Of a DNA stretch of 64,000 nt, positions 51,497 through 61,102 are shown in pieces (position 1 is the stretch's first letter; the number at the start of each line of letters is the position of its first letter). Location of the stretch: positions 11,665 to 75,664 of the forward strand of contig CAITYF010000197.1 in NCBI GenBank assembly GCA_903896545.1, in the 5' to 3' direction. This DNA is from an uncultured Myxococcales bacterium. Lineage in GTDB: Bacteria > Myxococcota_A > UBA9042. Below the pieces are notes generated by a model. That model made no database searches. It was given only the letters and a program-made list of their open reading frames with translations, and was not told where the DNA came from. The translations under genes were made by a program, and so were the position numbers.

Positions 51497-54400
51497 CTAC
51501 TTGATCGTGCCGCGGATGTACGTGTAACCGGCGACGTTGGCGATTTCCTGAATGTCCAGACCCAGCGTCGTGCCCGCGGGAATGGCGGGCGACAGCGTCG
51601 ACAAGTCGATCGACGGCAGTGGAATCGCGCCCAGACCGCTGGAGATGCCGCCGACCAGATTCGGCACAAGGCCGGTGATGAGCGACACGAAGATGTCCTT
51701 GAACGGCAGCGCTTCCGAGTTGATCTTCGTCACTTCCAGCTTCAAGGCGATGCTCTTCGGGTCGAGGTTCAAAGAAATCGCCTTGGAGCCCGGATTCTTG
51801 GGATCCGCGACCGCTTCAATCTTCACCTTGGCCGTCACCAGCGCGTATGCGTACATGTCGATCGGCGTGCCGCTGAAGCTCAGCATCGCGTGGATGCCCA
51901 AGTCGCCGATCTGCAGCGTCAGCCATTCGCCGTCCGCGCACGTGTTCAGGATCGGCGGCAGCATGAAATCGGTCTCAACCGACAGATCTTTCACGCCATA
52001 CGTCGACATGTCGATATTGCCCAGCACCGACGAGTCCAGCGCCAGCTGCAACAGGCCGCCGTTCCAGATCGCGTGCAGCAGCTGGTTGACAAAGTCATCC
52101 GCCAAGCCCACTTCCAGACCGTACTTCTCCGTCGGGTTGAACACGACCGGCTTGGCGTTCTCCGCGAGGCAGCCCGCGCGACCGATCGAACCCAACACGT
52201 CGTGCGGCACCTTCTTCTCGGCCGTCATGGACGCCATCAAACCGAACACGATGCCCTGCTTCTTCTGGAACGCGAGCGTGCCCACGTCCGACGTCAGCTT
52301 GAGGTTCGCCGGCGCGCCCTTGCCGATGAACGGCCCGAGCGGGATCGTCGTGTTGATCGCCAGCATGTTGAAGATCGTGCCGAGCTGACCGCCGATCAGC
52401 TGGTCCAATTGCGGCGCGAGCACGGTTGTCAGGAGGTTGGTCAGCGGCGCGAGGATCAGCTTCTCCAACTGGGCGAGGAAGCCCGTCACGTTGATGCCCA
52501 CGTTGTTCAGCTGTTGCACCAGCGGGCCGCTCGGCAGAATCGTCAGGTTCTGCAGCTGAATCGTGGTGTTCTTCGCCGAGCTGACCAGCTTGCCGGTCGC
52601 TGGGTCTTTGGACAGGTAGATGTCCAGGCCAATGTCGATCTCATCCGCGGCGATGGTCGTGACGGTCTTGAACGGCACGAAGCCGAGCAGGTTGATGTCC
52701 AGGTTCAAGTCCGCCGACAGGCCGTAGATTTTCGCCGAGACGTAGATGCCGCCGTCCAACACTTCCATGTCGATAAGCGGGTAGCCGCCGTTCTTCAGCG
52801 GATCGCCGAGCTTCACGTTGCCAATCGACGGCGTGACGGTCGTGCCCAGCACATTGATGACGCCCAAGCTCACGCCGCCGCCGAGTAGGCTGTTCAGGTC
52901 GAGTTTGCCCAACACAATCTCGAGCACCGACACGATGTCCTTCGGGGTCGTGTGGTTGTGCGTGCCGTTGTCCAGGATGTTCTGCGAGAGCCAAATGCCG
53001 ATCGCGTCGTTGATTTCACTGTCCTTGGGCGTGTTGAAGTCCGAGAGGAACCACTGGGTCGAGTAGTAGTACGTCTGCACGCCCTGCGAGATGTTGTCCC
53101 ACTGGTCGTGCGCTTCCCACTCGATCGGGTTCATGCCCCACACGCTCGGAATATCGAAGGTGAACGAGCCGTCGGCCGCGATCGTGACTTCCTGACCGCC
53201 GATGGTGAACGACTTGACCGCGCTGGTGACGTCGATGACGGTGCCCTTCACGTGCACGATCGGGTCGCCGTTGAGCGTTGCGCCGCGCGCGGGCTCGGTG
53301 ATGAGGACGAGCGGACCGACGGAATCGCACGTCAGCGTCGTTTCAGCCGACAAACTCGGGTAGTCAACGCTCGTGCCCACGAAGTGGTAGTGGCCGTCGG
53401 TGTTGAACGAGTAGCTCTTGCCGCCCGCGTTGACCGTCACGCCTTCGGGCGGATCGACCGCGCAGGGCTGCTGCAACGGCATTTCCGGCACGTCGTTGCC
53501 GAACTTGTCCTTACCGAGGCCGAACATCTTGATCGTGTCGTCGATCTTGTAGAACGGCATATTCGGCTTGGGCCACAGCGTCATCGAGACGGGCTTGCCG
53601 GGCGTTACCGTCACCGTGCCGGGCGTGGCGTTTTCCTTCGTGACGTTCGCCATCATGCACTGGATGTCGTACTTGCCCGAAACCGTCGAGGTCAGGCCGC
53701 CGCTGGTGGACGTCAGCGCCTTCGGATACATCAAGGTCGCGCCGGAAGCGTCGACCGTGTTGCCCCACTGGTCGACTGCGGCGCAGGTCACCTGCGTGCT
53801 GCCCGCGCCGGCTTCAAACGTGGCCGGGGTCACCGTCGCCGTCGTCTTGTAGGCAGCGCCAGCCGTAATGACGAGCGGCGCGCCGTCGCTCACCGCGTCG
53901 GGCGACGATTCAAGGGCGCACTTCACGGTCACCGTGCCGGCGAGCCAGCCTGTGACGGAGAGGTCGGTGATCGTGCCTGCGTTTGGCGGGTCGAGCGCGA
54001 GCGACCAAGCGATGCCGTCCTTGCCGACGTCATTGCCGTACGCGTCCTTGCCGGAGCAAGCCGCGCTGGCGACGTCACCGGCGTGAATGGTCTGCGGGTT
54101 GATCGTCGTCGTGAGCGTTGCGGCGGGGCCCGCGCTGACGGACAGGATCGCCGACTTGTCCTTGGGGTTCGCCGCGCGTTCGGGCAGCGTGCACTGCACC
54201 TGGTACGAGCCGACCAACGTTCCCGTCAGGTTCGCCTTGTCGATCGTCACACCTTTGGTCGGCGTCACCGTGTAGGTCGGCTGCGGAATCTTCACTTCCC
54301 CCGGCTGACCGATGCACTGAACCGTCACGACCGTACCCGCGATCACGTGGCCTTCCGACAGTTGCGTGTCGACCGACTCGATGGAAGCGAGCTGACCCGG

Positions 54401-54550
54401 CTGCAGACCCACTGTGAGGCCGAGGTCCTCCGGAGTCGCGTTGGCCTGCGAATCGCCGCAGCCCGTCGTCAGCACGCCGAGCGTTGCGAGGGTCAAAGTG
54501 GCCAGAGCGAAGGGGCGAGTAGCAGCGAACAAGCGTGAGGCGAGGTACAT
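51497..54550 (-). CDS. Large (~1000 aa) surface lipoprotein with N-terminal Ig-like/BIG repeats and a large C-terminal domain of unknown function
   Basis: Lipobox LTTGCGDS. Repeated ~90-aa Thr/Val-rich beta segments (TVTVKC..., TQVTCAAVD...). No catalytic motif recognised. Confidence 0.6.
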   Translation of the reverse strand: MYLASRLFAATRPFALATLTLATLGVLTTGCGDSQANATPEDLGLTVGLQPGQLASIESVDTQLSEGHVIAGTVVTVQCIGQPGEVKIPQPTYTVTPTKGVTIDKANLTGTLVGSYQVQCTLPERAANPKDKSAILSVSAGPAATLTTTINPQTIHAGDVASAACSGKDAYGNDVGKDGIAWSLALDPPNAGTITDLSVTGWLAGTVTVKCALESSPDAVSDGAPLVITAGAAYKTTATVTPATFEAGAGSTQVTCAAVDQWGNTVDASGATLMYPKALTSTSGGLTSTVSGKYDIQCMMANVTKENATPGTVTVTPGKPVSMTLWPKPNMPFYKIDDTIKMFGLGKDKFGNDVPEMPLQQPCAVDPPEGVTVNAGGKSYSFNTDGHYHFVGTSVDYPSLSAETTLTCDSVGPLVLITEPARGATLNGDPIVHVKGTVIDVTSAVKSFTIGGQEVTIAADGSFTFDIPSVWGMNPIEWEAHDQWDNISQGVQTYYYSTQWFLSDFNTPKDSEINDAIGIWLSQNILDNGTHNHTTPKDIVSVLEIVLGKLDLNSLLGGGVSLGVINVLGTTVTPSIGNVKLGDPLKNGGYPLIDMEVLDGGIYVSAKIYGLSADLNLDINLLGFVPFKTVTTIAADEIDIGLDIYLSKDPATGKLVSSAKNTTIQLQNLTILPSGPLVQQLNNVGINVTGFLAQLEKLILAPLTNLLTTVLAPQLDQLIGGQLGTIFNMLAINTTIPLGPFIGKGAPANLKLTSDVGTLAFQKKQGIVFGLMASMTAEKKVPHDVLGSIGRAGCLAENAKPVVFNPTEKYGLEVGLADDFVNQLLHAIWNGGLLQLALDSSVLGNIDMSTYGVKDLSVETDFMLPPILNTCADGEWLTLQIGDLGIHAMLSFSGTPIDMYAYALVTAKVKIEAVADPKNPGSKAISLNLDPKSIALKLEVTKINSEALPFKDIFVSLITGLVPNLVGGISSGLGAIPLPSIDLSTLSPAIPAGTTLGLDIQEIANVAGYTYIRGTIK

Positions 54551-54808
54551 GTTGCACTCCTTGCGCGGTGGCGCGAGCCCGGCTCGTTCAGCCTTCGGCC
54601 CATGGAAACCCACGTAGAACCGAGAAATTCCACGGTCAGCCGACCGGGCGCGCGAATCTTACCAGATTCGTCAAGCCAGTGCGAGTTTGATGTTCGTGTC
54701 ACGTTCTTGTGGCGCAAAATGCCCGTGCCGCTTGCGTTTATGGATTGGCGACCGGCACTTCTGTCGCTACACTCCGTGCTCCCGTCCCGGTGGACGCCGC
54801 GAAACGCC

Positions 54809-57613
54809 ATGCACGTCATCGAAACCCGTGTCTATCAAGGTCCTAATCTTTACGCGCACTTCCCGGTGATGCGGTGGACGGTCCGGCTTGGCCCGTTGGA
54901 GGACAAGCCGTCTGCCGAGATTCCGGGGTTCGTCGATGCCCTTTTGGAACACGTGCCGACGCTCTGGGAGCACACGTGCAGTCCCGGTGTGCGCGGCGGT
55001 TTTGTGCAGCGTTTGAATCAGGAAGGCGGCACGTGGATGGGGCACGTGCTCGAACACGTCGCGATCGAACTGCAGAACTTGGCCGGCGCGCGCGTGAGCT
55101 TTGGCAAGACGCGTGGCTCCGGGCACCACGGTGAGTACCACGTCGTTTTTGAGTATGAAGAAGCGCGTGTGGCGCAGGCAGCGGCGGAGCTCGCCATGAA
55201 GCTGCTGCACCATCTCGTGCCCGCGGAACTGGTTCCCGACGCTGAGCGCGATCCCGATTTTCACTTCCAGACAGAGTTGGACGATCTCATTCGTCAGGCA
55301 CAGCGCCGCGCTCTGGGGCCATCCACGGGCAGCCTGGTGCGCGCCGCGGAAGCGCGTGGCATCCCGTGGATTCGCTTGAACGACCACTCGCTGGTGCAGT
55401 TTGGCCACGGCAAGTTGCAAAAGCGCATCCAAGCGACGGTGACGAGCGAAACCCGGCACATCGCTGTGGAGATCGCCAGCGACAAGCAGGAAACCAACAA
55501 GATCCTCGCCGACCTGGGACTCCCGGTGCCGCGTCAGGAGATGGTCTATTCGGTAGAGGAAGCGGTCAAAGCGGCGCGTTCGATTCGCTATCCGGTGGTG
55601 GTCAAGCCGTTGAACGCGAACCACGGCCGCGGCGTGTCGATCAACCTGACTTCACCCGAACAGGTGGCGACGGCGTTTGAGAAGGCGCAAGAACACAGCC
55701 GCGCCGTGTTGGTCGAGACATTTGTCGCAGGCTTTGATCATAGAATGCTGGTGATCAACGGAGAATTGGTCGCAGTGGCCAAGCGGGTTCCCGGCCACGT
55801 GGTCGGCGACGGCTCGCACACGATCGCGGAGCTGGTCGACATCGTGAACAGCGATCCGCGGCGCGGCATCGGCCACGAAAAAGTGCTGACCCGGCTCGCG
55901 TTTGACCACCAAGCCGAGAGGCTCATGGAGCAGGCGGGCGTGACGCGCGAGTCGGTCTTGCCTGCGGGTGAAATCCTGTATTTGCGGTCGACCGGTAACC
56001 TGTCGACGGGCGGCACGGCGATCGATCTGACCGATCAAGTGCACCCGGACAACGCGGAAATGGCGGTTCGCGTGGCCGGCGCAATCGGTCTGGACGTGAT
56101 CGGTGTAGACTTTTTGACTCAGGACATGACGCGCAGCTATCGCGAAGTCGGCGGCGCGATCTGTGAGGTCAACGCTGCGCCTGGCTTCCGCATGCACGTG
56201 GCGCCGAGCGAAGGCAAACCGCGCGACGTGGCCGGCAAAGTGATCGACATGCTGTTCCCGCCTGGGACGCCGTCGCGCATTCCGATCGCCGCGATTACCG
56301 GCACGAACGGCAAGACGACGACGAGCCGCATGCTCGCGCACATCTTCAAGTTGCGCAGTGAAATCGTGGGTTTGACGACGACGGACGGCGTGTACATCGA
56401 CGGCCAGCGCACCGTGGAAGGCGACATGACGGGGCCGATGAGCGCGCAGATGGTGCTGCGTGATCCGAAGGTCACGGTCGCCGTGCTGGAAACGGCGCGC
56501 GGCGGCATGTTGCGGTCCGGCTTGGGCTACCGCTGGCCGGACGTGGCGTGCTGTCTGAACGTGAGCGCGGACCATCTGGGACTCGGCGGCGTCGACACGC
56601 TCGATCAGTTGGCCGCGGTGAAGCGGATTCCGATCGAAGTGGCGCGTGAAGCCGTTGTGCTGAACGCGGACGATGAACTCTGCCTGGCCATGGCGGATCA
56701 CAGCCAAGCGAAGCACGTCTGGTACGTCACGACGAATCCGAACCACGCGCTGGTCCGCGAGCACATTCGCGCGGGCGGCAAAGCGGTGGCGCTGGAAGCG
56801 GGCGTAAACGGCCAGATGATTGCGCTTTACGATCGCGGCCAGCACCTGCCGCTGCTGTGGACGCATTTGATTCCGGCGACGCTGGAAGGCAAGGCGATCC
56901 ACAACGTGCAGAACGCGATGTTCGCCGCCGCGATGGCCTACGCGATGCACGTGAAGTTGGATGACATTCGCCACGGCTTGCGGACGTTTGACTCGACGTT
57001 CTTCCAGTCGCCCGGACGCATGAACGTCTACGACGCGCTCGGCTTCAAGGTGCTGCTGGATTACGGTCACAATCCGGCGGCGGTCAAGGCGATGTGCACG
57101 CTGGTCGACAATCTGGTGGCGGGCGGCGTGCTCGCAACGGGCGGCAAGCGCGTGTGTGTTCTGGCGGCACCCGGTGACCGACGCGATGAAGATATTTTGG
57201 AAGTCGCTCGCATCGCGGCGCATTCGTTTGACGAGATCATCTTGCGTCGCGACGACAACCCGCGCGGGCGAGGTGACCGTGAAGTGCCCGAGCTCCTGCA
57301 AAAAGGCCTCATCGCCAGCGGTTTCCCGGCGGACAAGCTGACCATCATCACGCACGAAGTGGACGCGCTGCAGGACGCGCTGGACCGCTGCAAGCCCGGC
57401 GACTTGCTGTTGGTGTTCTGTGACAAGGTGACGCGTTCGTGGAAGCAAATCATCTACCACCATCAGCAGCAGGGTGGGCGACCGCCGGTGGAGGACGAGA
57501 CGCCTCAGGCCGTGGCCCAGCAGCCGCAGGAAGATGAAACGCCGCTGAGTACGTCCGGGCTTGTGCGCGATGCGCGTGGCGTGCGGCTGGCGCGTCCTGA
57601 AGAGGCGGATTGA
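54809..57613 (+). CDS. cphA: Cyanophycin synthetase (N domain + ATP-grasp G domain + Mur-ligase-like M domain)
   Basis: N-domain MHVIETRVYQGPNLYAHFPVMRWTVRLG...; ATP-grasp region (VVVKPLNANHGRGV, RMLVINGELVAVAKRVPGHVVGDGSHTI); Mur-ligase P-loop ITGTNGKTTTSRM. 934 aa. Confidence 0.85.
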   Translation: MHVIETRVYQGPNLYAHFPVMRWTVRLGPLEDKPSAEIPGFVDALLEHVPTLWEHTCSPGVRGGFVQRLNQEGGTWMGHVLEHVAIELQNLAGARVSFGKTRGSGHHGEYHVVFEYEEARVAQAAAELAMKLLHHLVPAELVPDAERDPDFHFQTELDDLIRQAQRRALGPSTGSLVRAAEARGIPWIRLNDHSLVQFGHGKLQKRIQATVTSETRHIAVEIASDKQETNKILADLGLPVPRQEMVYSVEEAVKAARSIRYPVVVKPLNANHGRGVSINLTSPEQVATAFEKAQEHSRAVLVETFVAGFDHRMLVINGELVAVAKRVPGHVVGDGSHTIAELVDIVNSDPRRGIGHEKVLTRLAFDHQAERLMEQAGVTRESVLPAGEILYLRSTGNLSTGGTAIDLTDQVHPDNAEMAVRVAGAIGLDVIGVDFLTQDMTRSYREVGGAICEVNAAPGFRMHVAPSEGKPRDVAGKVIDMLFPPGTPSRIPIAAITGTNGKTTTSRMLAHIFKLRSEIVGLTTTDGVYIDGQRTVEGDMTGPMSAQMVLRDPKVTVAVLETARGGMLRSGLGYRWPDVACCLNVSADHLGLGGVDTLDQLAAVKRIPIEVAREAVVLNADDELCLAMADHSQAKHVWYVTTNPNHALVREHIRAGGKAVALEAGVNGQMIALYDRGQHLPLLWTHLIPATLEGKAIHNVQNAMFAAAMAYAMHVKLDDIRHGLRTFDSTFFQSPGRMNVYDALGFKVLLDYGHNPAAVKAMCTLVDNLVAGGVLATGGKRVCVLAAPGDRRDEDILEVARIAAHSFDEIILRRDDNPRGRGDREVPELLQKGLIASGFPADKLTIITHEVDALQDALDRCKPGDLLLVFCDKVTRSWKQIIYHHQQQGGRPPVEDETPQAVAQQPQEDETPLSTSGLVRDARGVRLARPEEAD

Positions 57614-59256
57614 TGAAGGCGAGCAATGCACGGCGCTTGACTGGACCTAGCTGGTGGCTGGATGCGGCGGGCGCGGCGGTGGAAGTTGCTTTTGCCGCCG
57701 ATGACGACCCGGACTGGCTCTTCGCTGATTGGTCTCGGCAGATCTTCGATATTGCTAAGCTTTTGGTTTGGCCGTCGCCGCAATTTGGTCAAACCCGCGG
57801 ATCGGGTGTCGCAACCTGGGCGTTCACCGCACCGCTCGATCAGCTTGGTACGGCAGCGGAATTGGCGGAACAAGCATGCAGTGAGGCCGCGTGGGCTTTG
57901 GTCGCCCCTGCCGAGGCGAATCCGCGCGCGATGGCCTGGATCGCGGCGGCGGAAGCCCACAATCTGCCGTGGCTTTGGGATGAAGACGCGCTGACTTTGG
58001 GCCTCGGCGCACACAGCCAGACTTGGCCGCTCGCCGAAGTGAATGAAACGCTGCCCGATTTGCACGGCCTCGCGACGATTCCGCACGTGCTGATTACGGG
58101 AACCAACGGCAAGACGACAACAGCGCGCATGATCGCGCGAATCCTGCGCCATCACGGGCTTTTTGCGGGCAACACGTCGACCGATGGGTTGATGCTCGAC
58201 GGTCAATTGGTCACACCAGGCGATTGGACGGGACCGGGCGGTGCGCGCCAAGTGCTGCGGAATACCCGCGTGCAAGCGGCGGCGCTCGAGACGGCGCGCG
58301 GTGGGCTTCTGCGGCGCGGATTGGCGTCGCACTGGGCTGACGCTGCGGTTGTGACCAACGTCAGCGATGACCATTTGGACCCGCAGGTTCCGTCTGAAGC
58401 AGCGATGGCCGACGCGAAGCTCGCGATTCGGCGGGGAATTCGTGCCGGAGGCCTGCTGATTCTGAACGCCGATTGCGCGCCCTTGGTCGCCGCCGCGCAA
58501 CGCCTGCGGTTGCCCGATGGCGCCTACGCGCTGGCGTGGTTTGGCGCATCGCGGGCGAGCGCGACCGCGCTATCGGGGGCGCTCCACGCGTGGTCGGAAG
58601 ACTCCGCACTCGTCTTGCGCGACGCGAACGGCGACCACCGCTTCGCGGAACTGGCCGCGGTGCCTTCTACTTTTGACGGACATGCGCCGCACAACGTCGC
58701 CAATGCCTTGGCGTCTGCTCTGGCAGCTCGCGCGATGGCCGTTCCGCTGCCGACCATCGCTGGCGGGCTGCGCGCATTTGGCTCGACGATCGCCGACAAT
58801 CCCGGTCGCGCCAATGTGATGCACCTGAACGGCGCGACGATCCTGATCGATTTTGCCCATAATCCCGATGGTGTGCGCCAAGTTGCCGCGCTGGTCGATG
58901 CGTGGCCATCGGTGTCGCGAACGCTGCTCGTGGGGCAGGCGGGCGATCGCACGGACGACCTGATGCACGCGTTGGTCGTCGCGTCGTTGGCGTTTCGTCC
59001 GGACCGCGTTGTGCTGAAAGACACGGATCACTACCTGCGCGGTCGGCAAAAGCACGAGATCCCCGAAGTGCTGCTGCGGTTTTACCTGCGCGAAGGGGTT
59101 CCCGCGGACGCGATGTCCATCACGCACGATGAGGCGTCGGGCATCGACGCGGCGCTGCAGGACGCGCTGCCCGGACACTTGCTGATTCTGCTGATTCACG
59201 ACGATTTTCCCGCGGCGGTCGCGCAACTGCGCGCGGCGGGGGCGGTGGAACCGTGA
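57610..59256 (+). CDS. Cyanophycin-synthetase-like stand-alone Mur-ligase (M-domain) protein lacking the ATP-grasp domain (cphA'-type)
   Basis: ITGTNGKTTTARM P-loop, and RGGLLRRGLASHWADAAVVTNVSDDHL paralogous to the cphA ARGGMLRSGLGYRWPDVACCLNVSADHL. No ATP-grasp motifs. The start overlaps the cphA stop. Confidence 0.7.
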   Translation: MMKASNARRLTGPSWWLDAAGAAVEVAFAADDDPDWLFADWSRQIFDIAKLLVWPSPQFGQTRGSGVATWAFTAPLDQLGTAAELAEQACSEAAWALVAPAEANPRAMAWIAAAEAHNLPWLWDEDALTLGLGAHSQTWPLAEVNETLPDLHGLATIPHVLITGTNGKTTTARMIARILRHHGLFAGNTSTDGLMLDGQLVTPGDWTGPGGARQVLRNTRVQAAALETARGGLLRRGLASHWADAAVVTNVSDDHLDPQVPSEAAMADAKLAIRRGIRAGGLLILNADCAPLVAAAQRLRLPDGAYALAWFGASRASATALSGALHAWSEDSALVLRDANGDHRFAELAAVPSTFDGHAPHNVANALASALAARAMAVPLPTIAGGLRAFGSTIADNPGRANVMHLNGATILIDFAHNPDGVRQVAALVDAWPSVSRTLLVGQAGDRTDDLMHALVVASLAFRPDRVVLKDTDHYLRGRQKHEIPEVLLRFYLREGVPADAMSITHDEASGIDAALQDALPGHLLILLIHDDFPAAVAQLRAAGAVEP

Positions 59257-60101
59257 ACGTGGATGCGTTGCCGGAGCTCGAAGCGCGCTGGTCCGCCGCA
59301 TTCGCTGCGGGGCAGGAAGCGGTGGGCGAACCCGGCGTCCTGGCCTGCACGTACGTGCTGCGCGGGGCCATGCGGACGGCCGATCGCCGCTGGCGTCAGG
59401 GCGTCCGAACGCCCGTTTTGCCCGTTTCCATTGACGATTTTGCCGTCAGGACGCTCGCCGAACGCCACGTCTATCGGGTTGAATCGCAGGTCGCCGAGTG
59501 CTTGGTTGCCTGGGCGCACCGCAACCGTCGCCTATTTCTACGCTTTGACATCCCGACGCCTGCTGAGCTTTTGGTCTACCAAGCGCGCGGCGAGCGCATC
59601 GTCTCGCTGTTGCCCGAAGGCGTGCCGACGGGACTCGAAGCGAGCAACTTCGAGTTTGCGCTGCACGATCTCTGTCATGCCGAGAAGTTCTTTGCGCCCG
59701 AACACTTCCACGGTCAGGTCGGCTTCTTCGCCACGGTCGAGTCAATGCTGCGCGGTGCCGCGTGGGCCCAACTGACGCGCGATTTTGACGCTGCTTGGCC
59801 AGCCGAAGTGGACCACGTCGTGGCCGACATGAACGGCTCACCGCTCTTTCTTTTTGCCGCGTTGCGGCGCAAGGTCATGAACGCCGCGTTGCGGGTTGGT
59901 CAGGATCAGTTCGCAGCACGGGCGGGGTTGTGTGAGGTATTGAACCTCCCGCCGAACGTGGCGCGGTCCGGAGAACAGTTTTCCGTGCATCCCGACGTCG
60001 ATCCGGTTGAAATCCGCTACCACGCCGACATGCTGCAAGGGCATTTTGAGGCACTTGGGCAGCAGATCATGGCCACGCAGCTCGGCGCGGAACCGCAGTG
60101 A
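59253..60101 (+). CDS. Hypothetical protein co-transcribed with the cyanophycin synthetase genes
   Basis: The GTG start overlaps the previous stop (GTGA). Possible metal site ALHDLCHAEKFFAPEHFH. No confident family. Confidence 0.5.
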   Translation: MNVDALPELEARWSAAFAAGQEAVGEPGVLACTYVLRGAMRTADRRWRQGVRTPVLPVSIDDFAVRTLAERHVYRVESQVAECLVAWAHRNRRLFLRFDIPTPAELLVYQARGERIVSLLPEGVPTGLEASNFEFALHDLCHAEKFFAPEHFHGQVGFFATVESMLRGAAWAQLTRDFDAAWPAEVDHVVADMNGSPLFLFAALRRKVMNAALRVGQDQFAARAGLCEVLNLPPNVARSGEQFSVHPDVDPVEIRYHADMLQGHFEALGQQIMATQLGAEPQ

Positions 60102-60111
60102 AGGAGTTTTC

Positions 60112-60957
60112 ATGACTACACCCCGCAAAATCGTCGTAACCGGCGCTTCGACAGGCTTTGGGCGCTGCATCGCAGAAGCCGCGCTCGCCCAGGGGTGGTC
60201 CGTGCTGGGCACCGTTCGCAAGGACACCGACGCCGCCGACTTGCGCGCCAAGGGCATTGCCGTCGCGCAGTTTGACCTCGCGGTGCCCGAATCGATCGGC
60301 CCTGGCTGCGCGCAAATTCTCGCGTGGTGCGAGGGCAATCTGGACGCGCTGGTCAACAACGCCGGCTCGACTTGGCCCGGTCCCATCGAGCTCGTGACGA
60401 TGGCTGATCTGCGTGTGCAGTTTGAAGTGAACACTTTTGGCCACATCGACGTGACGCAGCGCCTGCTTCCGGCGATCCGCGCAGGGCATGGCCATGTGCT
60501 CTTCATCTCGTCGGACTCGACCACGTTGACGCCGCCGATCGTCGGCACCTACGCGGCGTCCAAGCGCGCCATCGAGGCGCTCGCCGAGTCGCTGGCTCAG
60601 GAAACGGCGGGGCAGGGCATTCACGTGTCGATCGTCGCGCCCGGACCGTATCAGACCGCGATTTGGGGGACCTCGATTCCCCGCGGCGAGGCGTACCTGG
60701 AAACCGCCGATCCGCGGCTGCAGCTTTACCGCACGCTGGCCGAACAGTTGGGCAGAGCGTCCACCAACCGCCCGCTGGGCGATCCGATGGACCTCGCGCA
60801 GGTCGTGCTGAAGCAGTTGAACGACCCGAATCCACCGCTGCGCACGGTGGCGCCGTTTCAGTCGCGGCTGGTCAGCTGGGTGCGTGCGCTCATCGGCCCG
60901 CGGCGCTTCCACAAGCTGCTGCGTTTTGTCATCGCCAAGCAAGGTGCAGCGAGCTAG
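60112..60957 (+). CDS. SDR family oxidoreductase
   Basis: AAGGAG RBS 6 nt upstream. VVTGASTGFGRCIA, NNAG, YAASKRAIE (YxxxK). Confidence 0.8.
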   Translation: MTTPRKIVVTGASTGFGRCIAEAALAQGWSVLGTVRKDTDAADLRAKGIAVAQFDLAVPESIGPGCAQILAWCEGNLDALVNNAGSTWPGPIELVTMADLRVQFEVNTFGHIDVTQRLLPAIRAGHGHVLFISSDSTTLTPPIVGTYAASKRAIEALAESLAQETAGQGIHVSIVAPGPYQTAIWGTSIPRGEAYLETADPRLQLYRTLAEQLGRASTNRPLGDPMDLAQVVLKQLNDPNPPLRTVAPFQSRLVSWVRALIGPRRFHKLLRFVIAKQGAAS

Positions 60958-60958
60958 A

Positions 60959-61102
60959 CATCCCTGCGTTGACTCGGAGCCAAATATCTTGTGTCGCCGC
61001 GAGTCGGCCCGCAGGGACGCGAGCTTGGCGACCCAGCTAGCAGCCTAAACATGCCCACCCGGCGTCCAGCATTTGATCTCCAGTCTTGGCAGGCATGTTT
61101 AG
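60959..61102 (+). repeat. 144-bp MITE-like repeat, copy 3
   Basis: Starts 2 nt after the SDR TAG stop. Its terminal TTTAG provides the TAA stop (minus strand) of 61099-61572. Confidence 0.8.
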
